NCBI GenBank assembly: GCA_036172245.1
Contig: JAYWIR010000011.1
Coordinates: 3,162,001 to 3,226,000, forward strand
Length of the DNA stretch: 64,000 bases
Origin: Raillietiella orientalis
Taxonomy: Eukaryota
Reading direction: 5' to 3'
The translations under genes and the position numbers were made by a program. The notes beneath the pieces are model-generated. The model did no database searches and was not told the origin of the DNA. It saw only the letters and a list, made by a program, of their open reading frames with translations. Positions 52,455 through 64,000 of this stretch are shown here, piece after piece (the stretch's first letter is position 1; each line of letters opens with the position of its first letter).

Positions 52455-55400
52455 GGAAGAATTCGTGAGAGTTCAAAGGAAAAAGAGATCCCACTTTTCA
52501 AGCGATTCTTTTCCCTTTAGGGGGAGTAAACATAGATTTCTCTGGTCGTGTGCTTACCACTACTGTTTCACCACATGCAGGGTCGGTATGCAATTTGCAG
52601 TGCGTTCCGAATTTCCATCTCCACATGATGGTGCAGCACTGTGCTGGACAGAGTCAGATGCCAAATGAAAATCAAACATAAATTCCTGTTTTTCAGTGTA
52701 CTAGTGAAGAACACGAAAAGGGAAATATTAAACAAGTCTGCGCTATACTTTCGATAAAAAAAAAAAAAAAAAAAGAAAACACGCATTTAGGAATAAAGGA
52801 GCTTATCTGTGGCCTTCGAAAACTTGGAAAGACAGCAGCTATTGCAGTTTCCTCACGACGGCCACTTTATGCAGAAAAATAAAAAGTTTCGCTGTCGTGG
52901 GCATTTCGTAATCCTTATTTTGGATGTCTGTCTATGTGCTCGCCGAAGTTGCGGGGCTAAAAACCTGTTCAGAAGAGGTTGGGACTTTGTCAAAAGTGGG
53001 AGCGCTGATATTTGTGTGTCACGAAGTCGCAGTCCTATCGAGGAGAAACAAAATCACATGGATTCAGGATTAAAGGCTTTTCCAGCGATCTAAGTCACCT
53101 GAATAGAGACAGCTTATCTCGTGGAGGTACCCCGAGAACTTTAGTTAACGCATCAGTTCTCCATGAAATAGTGCATGCAATTGCAGATAAACATTTGCTT
53201 GAGCCCTGTGTTCTCCTTTTCCGGTACCAGTTCCATTTGCGCTGCGGCGGTATGGTATCTTCGGTGTGGTCTCGATTGCGTAGTATTTGTGTGTGGTGGG
53301 GAGGGGGGGGGCTTTAACATTTGTGAGCTCTACGACATCAAAGTCTTCGAGAGGAGCTTGATCGAGTGAATGTTTTGCCTACGACATGCAGTGTAGTGTT
53401 CCCATGCTTATTGATGAAAGAACGAGCAGGTGAACTCAGTGTTCAGTCACATATTCTCCCGGTTGTGGAAGACGTTTCCTATCCGGAAATGCTTTGACTA
53501 AAATTGCTGCATGCCAGAAACAAGTGAAAGACATTGCACAAAAGCATTTTGATCCGAACATTTCGAGTCGAGGCATTATGGTCTTCAACGCCGTACTTCG
53601 CGAATTCGTAAAAACCCTTAATTTGCTACCTGCACTTTCGCAACGTAGGGACCTTAGTAAAACAGACATTGTGCAGAGCGGAAGAAGTAAAATCGTTCCC
53701 TTCAGATGTCATCAGCGGTTTTCTTTCTCTATTTGTAAAAATGTAATGAACATTAAATTTATACATGAGTGAATTTAAAGGTCGGTTCCTGTTTGCCATA
53801 GAAGGCGTTGCTGAGGTGTTGGAACAGAGTACTTACGAAGAAGACTGTTTTGACAAGCGCGAGATCACGCTCCATTGATAACTCGCGAGAATCAGCGTCT
53901 GTAACTCTTGATAAAGCATCCTTATCTCGCTTTCGTGTAAAATCTGGGAACACTCAAACAGTAATGTTTTCAAAGCTTTCTTGAAATGCATCACGGGTTT
54001 CTCGGGGGTTTAGACGCAAAACATTCGCATGATAAGCTATGAAATGCTAGGTGCCCATTATTCAGCCCAAATACACAGTGGGCCCCCTGACTCGAAATCG
54101 TTTTGTGAAGCCAATCTCTAAGAAAATTTGCAATCGTGAAAACTGGGAAACCTTTGCAGTACCATTTGCAACTTTTTCTGGCTGTTGGCGATTCTGATAG
54201 GCATTTTGTCCAGGTGCTTCCTGGTAAGGGTCAAAGAAGGCATCAGGGTATCAAGGTTCAATCATTACTCGATAGTAACTATGGAGTAGGCAGACAGATG
54301 GCTCGATAGTGAACCGAGCATTAGACCAGCGTTTTCCAAACTTTTCCCATGACAGAACACTTCACAAATCCTGAAATTTTTGCGGGATACCTTTGTTATT
54401 TTATAGGATAGGTAGGTATTGGTAATAAATAAATTAGGCAAGTAAATGCAATAGCTAAGAAAACAAGACAAGCATTTATTTTCAAGTTTTCATTATGTCA
54501 GATTTTCATAATTTTTCATGGTACGCTTACTGACTTCCCCCGCGGCTCATCGTTTGGGAAGCGCTGTATTTTCGTGCTGCTCTTTTCACGTGTTCTGTCG
54601 CCGGGTCGACTGTGTTTTCAGCTTGCTGAAGTCTTTCGAAATCAGCAGAGGATGTAGTGGAAGTGGTCGTTGTGAGGAATATTTTTTGTTTATTTATTCA
54701 TGTATTACTGGTTTTTTATTCATGCATTAACGTACCTTGAATAAGGGCAAAAAAAAAAAAACTGTGATTACCGAAGAATCAAACAGGTGTAGAACGTGAA
54801 TAGCATTGCATGCAATTAAAATAAGATCTCAGTTCTTGAAACCATTGCGAACAAAATAGAAAAACAAAACGATTAACGGGAAATAAAAAACAAACAAACA
54901 AAAAGGACAGACAAAAAGTATTAAGAAAAACGAACAGACATTTGGCAGTTTGTTAGCAATCATATGCTGATTCCTCAACTCAGAGATGAATGAACGATGT
55001 AATCAAGGACTTCTGATCCTTAGACGGTGCTATCTCCGTTCTATTTCTACCGAGTACACAGTAAGCACTTATGTTTGTGCCACCTTCCATCTTAACTGCT
55101 CCCAATTTTCTCCTTCAGTATACCGTCTCTGACAGTCTCCTCAACATTTTGAATCTCAGTATTGCATCTCCTTTCGAACGTGGATGTGACTTAAATCCAA
55201 ATCGCTATTCTGACTCTCTGCTAATCCTTCCCAGTTTTCGACACCAGTAGTCATCCTCCTACCCATGCCTCTTTACCTCATCTCCCACTCATTATGAGCC
55301 CATTATAATTAACATTAACCTTCCTGTCAGCTCTAAGATTACAATGTGGAAGGATCATATTACATTACAATACAATTACATCACATTACAATTCTTTTCT

Positions 55401-56899
55401 GGAAGGATCTCCTGGATATTCGAACACTACTTGCACGCTAAAGACATCAAGTCACTATCACAGCTCGTGTATACCTAACTCATTTCCCATATCTGCATCT
55501 GTATGTGTAATACGTTCCTTAAATGCCATTCAATTAATATCAAAAGTTTCAACATTGAGAGCTTCATTCCTTACAGATCGCAGAATCCTACCTGTACAGT
55601 GACCCATAATAAACCAACCCATTACTAGTGACAAAATAAAGAATAAAATACTTCTTAGCGAATACACTGTAAACATTCCTCACAAGCTCCCTAAAAATCA
55701 CCTCATTGTACAGCAATCCCTTTTCACTTCATGCAGCCCTTGTCTGCTGATTTCCTCGATCTAGCCAACCTCGTCATTCGTTCCATTTTCTTTGAAATCC
55801 TCTTGATTTTTAATTCTTCCAATACTGTTATCATTTTTCCACTTCTAATCATTAATCTCATCGTCTTAATCATCATCCAACTAATAAAAACTCGTGCAGC
55901 TGCCAAGTACTTTACCAATGTCAGCCACCTCTGCAACAGTCACTAAGCAATTCAAAATCACAAGAAGAACAGCATAACTTAACCTCACTCCATCTTCGCC
56001 TACTCCAATTGCCCTCTCGTCAGGGCACTGGCATTCGACATCCATAAACTGCTTTCGGTACGATCATCGTCGTTTCCACTGTCGCTGTCCACTTCAAATC
56101 CCATGTTCATTCCATCAAATGACCCTTTCAACTACAATAGCTCCCATGAAATGAATCCCTCCACCCAATTTTATCACACTCTTACAAAGAGCAGAAATCC
56201 TACAGCTCTCAGCGTTCGTAAATCTTGCTTTCCTTCATCTCCACGAATCACTTGTCGTGTACACAAAAATCCATCGGCTTCAATACCTCATGAATCAAAG
56301 AATGATAGGACATTGATATCCATGATTCCTAAACTTGAGCCACTAAAAATTATTAGTAACATGATCAGTGTTGAATAGGTATTCTCTTTTTTTTTTTTTT
56401 TTTTACTGTTTCGTCTTCATCTCTGGTCTTCTCTGGGTCAACCTTTCTGTTGCCGTAGGAAGGAAGTAGGGGATCACCTGAGCCAGTTCTTCCCAAAGTC
56501 CCTTGCTTAGGGGCGGTCACTTTTTATCGGGTGGAGGTTTACCAGCTCTTCGTTCCTTGACCATTCACGCAAATCTTCGCATCTTTGTTCAAGATGGAAG
56601 CCTTCGCTGAGTCACCCTGATGAGCTCTTCTCTTTTCTGCCTTCATCTCATTCTGCCAAGCAGGATAAGACCAAAGCAGAAAGGAGAAGGGTGGAACTGG
56701 CCCCAAATCCTCCTCCTCCTTCATCGATGTTTAGCGTCCGTTCATGGAACATATCGTGAGCAGGCATGCAGCTTGAACTGATTGTGTGAGAGGGATGTAC
56801 TCTATCAGGCCCTGCCGGCACACTCTTTCGCAGTCCCGCGGACGCATCTTTGATGCCTGGATGAAGAAGTCCGCTACCACCTTGGCCTGCCGCTGTTTG

Positions 56900-57666
56900 C
56901 CCGCGTCGGAGGCTTTGTGGTTAACGTTTCCGCGCGTGGTACCATGAGTCGCGGGTTCGAATACTCCGAAGAAATCCACTCAGTGCGTCCTGGGTCCCGC
57001 AAGATGATGCTGTTTGGCCTACATTCATCCGGATGCAACACTGGTACCGGTTAAAACCGGATGTCCCCAATGAGGGCCAAATGGAAGTCGACCTCCGGGT
57101 CCTTTCAGTAATCACGGAGTGGGTGCTCTCCTCCAGTTGTGAAAGAGCAGACCCCTCATTCCGAGAGAACCCTTCGGGTCGTACTGATGGAGTAGGTGTG
57201 TCGCCATCACCTCTCCAGAGAGTGCAGAGAAGTGAGCCGATCCCTTCGGGGTAGCTGCGTCCTTCTGAATTCGGAAGCGCCCCTCCTGGGTTCTCTTCAG
57301 AGGAGTAAAAACAGGAGCGGATCCCTCCGGAGAAGAAATTCCAGGATCGGAACCTCTCCGTGTTCCCTTTCCGTGTTCTCCTGAGAAGAAAGAATGAAAC
57401 GGACTCCCCCGGGGGTCCTCCGGAGAGAATAAGGAAGGAGATTCCTTTCCGGATTCCCCTTCGGAGACAACCAGGGTGGAGGTGATCTCCATTTCCGGGG
57501 ATCCCTCCCCAGGCGTGAGAGGAACGGACTCCGAGTCCTTCCTGGATTCATAAGGCGGACCCCTCCCGGGGTGCCCTCTATCTTGAATAATTTCTCACCC
57601 TCGGGTGGCATGGAACAGTGTCAAAGAACTGCAAAAAACAGAAAAGAAGGATTTCCATCATCCAAA
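56900..57666 (+). mobile_element. Long tRNA-headed SINE-like element
   Basis: A-box-like AGGCTTTGTGGTTAA at 56910-56924 and B box GGTTCGAAT at 56954-56962. Homologous to the copies at 52 kb and 42-43 kb. Possible decayed TSD at 56884-56899 / 57667-57682 (12/16 identical). Confidence 0.8.
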
Positions 57667-59849
57667 GGCCAGTAGCCGTTTGAATACCCGAAGAAGGTGG
57701 TTCAGGATGATTCTTATTTCGTTCCGTTGTGCTGGTTTGTTAGGAAAACGAGAAAAGGACTGGTACATCATTAAGGTCTGCCGTTCTCAAGAAGCCATGT
57801 GCGGCAATCGGATAAAGAGGTTGTAGTGGAGCGCAGGTTCTTTTCTTGTGCTTGCACAGTGACGCATTTCTTTCGCTTTCCAGAACTGGAACTTCGAGGT
57901 ACTCGAAGCGAGCTGCAAAAGCAGCGCGTCTTCGCGGTCCACTTGGACCCAAGGCGGCACCCTTCGCCCTTGTAATGCTACCGTCAAAAGGAGAGAGTCC
58001 ATAGGAATCCCTCAAAATAAAAAATCATATCCGGAACGACACACTTAGACCACCACGATCGGACTCTCGGGAAAATGACCGGCATACCGGCACATGCTTT
58101 TGAGGATTGCCTGCTTTAGGGAATGCTAGAGTCTAAATAACGCCGTATCGCAGGCCTGCTCTGTAATGACATGCTCCCAGGCATAGCAACACGGGTTTAA
58201 TCTGATAACAAACAGAATTTTGCCACAATTCAGTAGCTGCACTCACTGCATTCATTCACTTGGCTTTGCCCAGCATGAAAGCTGCTCAGCCCGAGAAGGA
58301 AGAGTTTTGCTCTCTGCTGTTTTGTCCATAACTCCTTTTCTGTTCTATCGTGTCACGGACACGGAGAGGATCCTATCCCCCTTCCTCTCTCCCACTTCCA
58401 GGATTCACATCGTGAAACCAAGAAAATGGGTAGCCATACGCGAGCCTGCGTCCCTGGGATGCCACACCGTGAGAGGGAAAAACTGCGTGCAAAATCGAAG
58501 TCCTAGTGGTCCAGTCCGCGCCATTAATTGGGGTGCTTTCTGAAATTCAGACCGATTTTCGTTTGGCTGTAACATCGAACTGCATCAGGAAGAGTGCACG
58601 CATAAGGCCAAAGCATGTTTTGCAAATTCGTGCGTGCCATTTGAGGAAAAACATCAGCTCGCAGTAGCGTCAGCATTCATTAGTCAGATATCGTTCATAT
58701 AGTGGCACCTCCTCTCTGACGCAACCGCTCCTCTTCGTGCTTCTCGCCCCTCTTGATGGTCACTTGAATTTCCTCTGCTCCTTGTCCTGATGAGCACCCT
58801 CCAGGGTTGCACAGGTAGCACTGTGTGCATTCCTCTGAATCGCTCTCCCACACTTCGGTTGCCCTCTGAATAAGAGCACACAGGACCACATGTCGCATGT
58901 GCAGACGTGAGAAAGCAAAGAAACTCGTTCTCTGAGTTCCAGAGGACGTGCGAGCGTTTGAAACGGAACAGTGCCCCAATCCCGGTTTGTGTTCGCATTG
59001 CCCTTTCACAAGGACTCCTAACAATTCTAGAAGAGTATCAACATCCAATTCACATTTACTTAAATCAGTAAATTACCCCCTTGCCTAGATACACCTTCCG
59101 GTACATCCACTATGTTACGACTTATCTAACCTTATATCAGAGCGACGGGGGATTTGTATTCAATGATTATTACATTCAGTCTACCTTTCTTGAACAAATC
59201 TACAATTGAGTCCTATTTCAATATAAAATCAGACATCTACACTTCTTGGTATGGCGCAAACACCTTCAGATGGTAAATTCTGAGGAACGGCAGCAGACTA
59301 GAGTGAGCTTATGGAAACCCAAAGGGACGCAAGAGAACCCAACTGTGACGAGGACCAAGATTGTGCGTGCACAGCCATCGAAACACGCAAATATGAAACC
59401 TTCATGATTTTCAGGTCTCTATATATCAGTCCCAAGAAATGAAAACAAATTCTGTAAAAATACTCAAAACGTCAGCGAAAATAATACTGCACAAGAATGT
59501 GTTGGGGTACAGCAGCCACGCACGTAATCCGACGAAATGAACACGTGGGTATGAAAATAGGTGTTATCGAAAAGTCCGTTTCATGTGTTTTCCGACTTCG
59601 CACACATTCGCTGATTTCGAACAGCAGTGCGTACTCTGCACACGAAGAGGGATATTTTTTCCGAGCTTAGGAAAGGACGAAAGGACGTGTGAGCTTCTCC
59701 AGATCAATTTCGGCGGCATCAAAACACACGAAGGAAAAAAAAAAAGCGTCACGAAAGCTTCCAAATTTTCACGCCGTGGATGTCCACAAACGGAAGCTGA
59801 AGTGATGGCACTTCATCTCGACATGCTCTCAGCAAACGAGACTTTGAAT

Positions 59850-60600
59850 CAGACGAGGCGAAGAGAATGCAAGGATGCTGAATGAGATAAAGGAGCGCGA
59901 TCTGCAGCCTTGAAGGAAGATTCCTCCAAGACTTCCTCCAAAATCGACGTCGGAATGCCTATGCCAAGCAAAATGATTCCTAATTAAGCATTGCAGCTTT
60001 TTTTCTCGTTGAAACGAATTCTGCAATACAGTTTCCATCAGGGATCGATTTCGGAGTCCGCCTTAGCGTCCCTGTGACTGTTCAGATGCCACGATGTCCA
60101 TTTTGACCTCCAAAGCCATCTTCGTGCTAGAACCAGCCGCCCTTCCAAAGTATAGAAAAAAAAACCCTTGGTCCAAGCGATGCTAAGCAGCCAAGGACCT
60201 GCCGATGAGGCTCAAAGGCCAACCACGAACCTCTGCTGATGTAGTGCCATACAGCCACACTCCAAACAAGCAGTCAGCCGTCAGTAAAATACAAAATAAC
60301 TGCAGATTGTGGTGGAATATCGTGGAGCTCCACGGTCAACCCCTGCAGCTCCGTCATCCCTGTATAAAGTACCCTGCCTACTGTAGTTCGGTAGACATGG
60401 CGAATGGGAGAATGATGCCTTTTATTCGACATAAAGAATTCCAGCCATTTCACCATACTGTTCAATAGCCAGTGGCTCTTGGAGCTCGGGGGGCGTAGGT
60501 GTTAAGAGTCTGGAGTGACGTCATTAGACTATTTGGACACTTGGGCGATGAGATTTACAGTGATTCCATCGAGATCTGCACTGATTCCTACATTAGTTGT
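59850..60600 (-). mobile_element. Decayed I/Jockey-type LINE RT remnant
   Basis: VKWLEFFMSNKR..LHDIPPQSAVILYFTD resembles WIxxFLxxR..DLP..LYADD. Confidence 0.4.
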
Positions 60601-63600
60601 GAACGTTACGTTCCTTACTTACTCGGGCGTGCAACGGTTGCTGATCAGTAGAAGCCAAGAGACCAGCGAGGATGCCGCGTTTCTTCCTTGTTCTTTTTTT
60701 CGTGATTCTCTCCAACAGTGAGTACAGTTTGCATTTTGGGAAGCAGTGAAGATAGAAAGATAGAAAATATCCTTCCTCGAAGTGAAAAGCTAAAGAAAAG
60801 TTTGCATCTTCGTGATGCTGTAGATTGATTGCTTTCTTCCACTTCTCCTGGTTGCCCGAATGTGCCTTTTCGAACCTGGTTTGCAGCATGAGGTGTTGGT
60901 TTCACTTCCTTCCTACTGGGTTACCTTCCCAAAATCAGTGGCTAATGTATTGTCTTGCTTTCGAAGTGCTGCAAGATGGCAAGCGGCAGGTCATGGAAGC
61001 CCTAGCGAGCGACGAGGAAACGATGAATATGAAAGAATGCGGGTAGGATCACAAGTTAACATACTTCGAGAATGAATGATCTGTTATTAGGCCGGATGCT
61101 ACATTAGAAGAAAGAAAGTACTGCTACGTTGACATCGGTCCATCTGCAGCTCCTACTCTGGGGGGACTGCCGATTTCCTTGCAGATGTTGCTGCACATGG
61201 GTGTGCTGATTTCGGTGTACTTCTTTTTGTAAAAAGTTTGGATGGAATTTGCAAATTCGCTCGAAAATGAATTTTCTGGAGCACTGTGGTGTAACAATTG
61301 CATTAAATTACATTCTATGGAATTCTGATCATTTCTGTTGTGAGAATAAATGCGTGTGAAGGGTGAGAGTATACGATGTGCAGTGTTTTGCCTTTCCATG
61401 TACCCATAGGAGCATTTCTAGAAGCATCGCTTTTGGCTTTGCATTTTCATGATCTTATTTCATCTGGGATGAAACATGAAATGAATGAAGAGTGCTCCTT
61501 TGCTTTTCTAACAGACAAAGCAAAGGGATTGCAAATCACCAAGTTGCTGATGCTTCTGTTCGTACTCAGGAGAGTGCTGTAGGTTTCCTTGCTCCTGCAT
61601 CCATAAAATCACAATTTTTTCATACTGGGAGTTGCGGGTTGGGATTCGAAAGCTTGGGTGCAATAGAAAGAACCCCGAATGAGATGCTATAAGAGTCGTC
61701 GCGTTTTCATGCCCCTTGCTCTTGGGTTGACATCTGAATCGGATGACCTCTGCAAATGAAAGTCGAGACTGTAAGATTCACAAAATGGCTGTATGAGCTG
61801 GTATTCCTTTTTCTCATGTTCTGCGCCAACCACGGCTGGAACTGTTCTTTATTCCCATCGAGCCACCCATTCATATGGAATGGAAATGTGAAACGCAGTT
61901 TCAGAACTACGGGGTTTCCATTCTTCTTTTTGTCATTAGAGGATAGGTGGGGTGCAGTTGCTTGGAGAAGAGGTCATGGTTACATTGAAGGCATGGTGAA
62001 CTCCTGGGACCACCAAGAATACAGTGCAACAAGATGCAGCTCCTCGCACATTCGCCCCAAGCGAAAAATAAAAAGCTATTTGAGGTGCAAAACTGTAATC
62101 ACTTAAAAGAAAAATGCCTGTACACTTGTAAACATAATAAAATGTTCATTTGTTGAATGCAGGAATTTCTTGATTTCCCTGAAGAAACAACGAGCTTTTA
62201 CTGTCAAGTTTCCATTTCAGCTGAATTGGCAAGTTTCCAAAATGAAACCAACAAATCTTTCGCAGAGGTAATTCTAAGGCTACGCAACATGAGTGTGGCG
62301 GTTATTGCTTTAATATCATTTATTAAGCCATCCTATTTTCCTACGAGAACATTACATAAGTCATACTCTTCTTTATACAGCAGAGAAGCTCTTTCTTTAG
62401 ATACGTGTCTATAGGAAGAGTCTTTGGACCTTGACACGAGTCCTGATCAGCTGCAGTCATTAAAAGTATCAGAAGCCATTCTAACAGACTGTCAGCTATG
62501 CCACTTTACACAAAAAGCGAAGACTGTGAATTGAACAAGATAAAGATGAGAAAATGATCATGGAGTTAGATGACTTTTTAATTATTTCTGGAATGTTGGT
62601 GCACTGAAAAATCAAAATAAGTGGAAGTGTAGATTTTGAAGCTACGCAATGGAACATACACTTTAAAATCGTTTCCAATGAACCGTCACTATGGAAAGCT
62701 TTCGCTTAAGTTGTAAATGTCTTTAATAAAAACAAAAGCAAAAATCCTCACTAAAATTTCTCACTGAAAACTTTTTAAGATGCTGAAAACGATATCAGAA
62801 AAAAAAGGGAAAAGAGAGAAGGAGGAGAGCAAAAATTCGAAAGACATACAAAGAAAACAACAGTCGTTCAAGAAAACTAGCGTACTTTCCACAACGACAA
62901 CAGGGTGCAAAAATCTCTTAGATGACTCGTTAAAGATGGAAGGTATTTGTAAACAAAGATGGAAAAGGTCAAATGCTGTACAGATGAAAAATGCCGATGT
63001 CAAATGTATATTAAGATTGATAAAGAATTCACTTGTTTATCAGTAGCGGATCATTGTATTTTGAACTCAGTGATCCCCTAGTGACATCTCCTCTTGCAAG
63101 ATGCAGAGCCGACAAGCTGCCTGACAGTCCTGCACAGTCTGAAATTTAGAGTGAAATAGTCGAGTTTCTTCAGTGAAGTAACAAAAACTGGAGCAAGACT
63201 TGCGAGACACGTTCTTATTTTCAGAAGTAAATCCAAACTAGCTGATTATTTCTTCAGGAATGCATTTATGAAACATGACCCGATAGAAATTACTGACCAA
63301 CATTTTTATGTTGCAGTACCGTATCAAAATAAAGGGTTGGGAAAAGTACACCTAGCTAAAATGCCGTAAGTTCCATGGGAAGCTCCCCGCAATGCATTGT
63401 GCTGGTTTGGATTTCAGTTGGGTTTGCATAAAGTTTGATGCTGAAAACTCATCGGCAGTTACAGGATGGTGATCTTCCGTAGCAGCTTTAGCACAGATCC
63501 AGTATTTTGAGAGTGTGGTGGCCATTAGGAAGTATGTCCTTAGAGGCCCTTGGTTCGAAGGCATTTTTTTTTTTTTGCTTTTAGAAATACACTTTTGTCG

Positions 63601-64000
63601 AGCTGCCACTGGTTGTTCAAAGCCTGCTCTGATTCGAACGAAGCGTGTCGAAAGGATGGTGTTTCACGTCCGGCGGTGCAAACAGGCAAACGAATGTTTG
63701 GTGTTCGAAAGTCTTGGGATCCGTGCATCGACAGGAAAATGGCGACTCGGTTAGCAAAACGCGGTGACGTCCAGCCGTTGCGCGGGGCGCAGTGTGTGTG
63801 TGGTGAAGAAGACGCAGAAGACTCGCAAATTCGGTGTGAAGTCGCAAAAATTCATTTCCACCTGGAATACCAAAGAAAGGAAACCCATCGGAAATGTCGT
63901 TTGTTGAGGCAGCCGGTGCAGATGCTTTGTGTGAAATAAAAAATGCATACTATATAGGCAATTTTCAGCACTGTGTGAATGAAGCGCATAAATTCAAAGT

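Noticed and set aside
56903..56970. Functional tRNA gene
   Set aside because: No acceptor stem or clean anticodon arm, and it continues into a shared repeat body, so it is a SINE head.
57180..57235. Hammerhead ribozyme
   Set aside because: Reads CTGATGGA rather than CUGAnGA, with no correctly placed GAAA. Other CTGATGA hits (~2430, ~6732, ~12176, ~56617, ~58786) also lack the stem II/GAAA core.
58070..58095. Additional LINE terminal hairpin (aaatgaccggcataccgg)
   Set aside because: Lacks AATAAA, the GGTG end and upstream homology.

Overview
This is eukaryotic DNA, most likely from an arthropod judging by the HIPK N-terminus; the species cannot be identified. It contains two intact spliced genes, both in AT-rich DNA. 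One is HIPK (26572-31345, 18 coding exons, 1185 aa by manual splicing). The other is an SLC25A29-like mitochondrial basic amino acid carrier (46986-49824, 6 exons, 379 aa). Most of their introns are very short (39-53 nt). Two GC-rich blocks (~1-20 kb and ~32.2-45 kb) are graveyards of decayed non-LTR retrotransposons: mainly L1/Tx1-type, plus one Utopia/NeSL-like relic and Tigger-like MITEs. Three observations stand out. (1) Two Tx1-like subfamilies end in a conserved AATAAA + CCCGG-n5-CCGGGTG hairpin with no poly(A) tail, and target-site duplications (TSDs) fix that end in two nested antisense insertions. (2) A long tRNA-headed SINE-like family is rich in cUUCGg tetraloops and also occurs as a tailless short form with a perfect 17-bp TSD. 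(3) The splice signals are unusual, with many GTT donors and acceptors lacking a pyrimidine tract. Everything was read by eye, and TE boundaries without TSDs are approximate.
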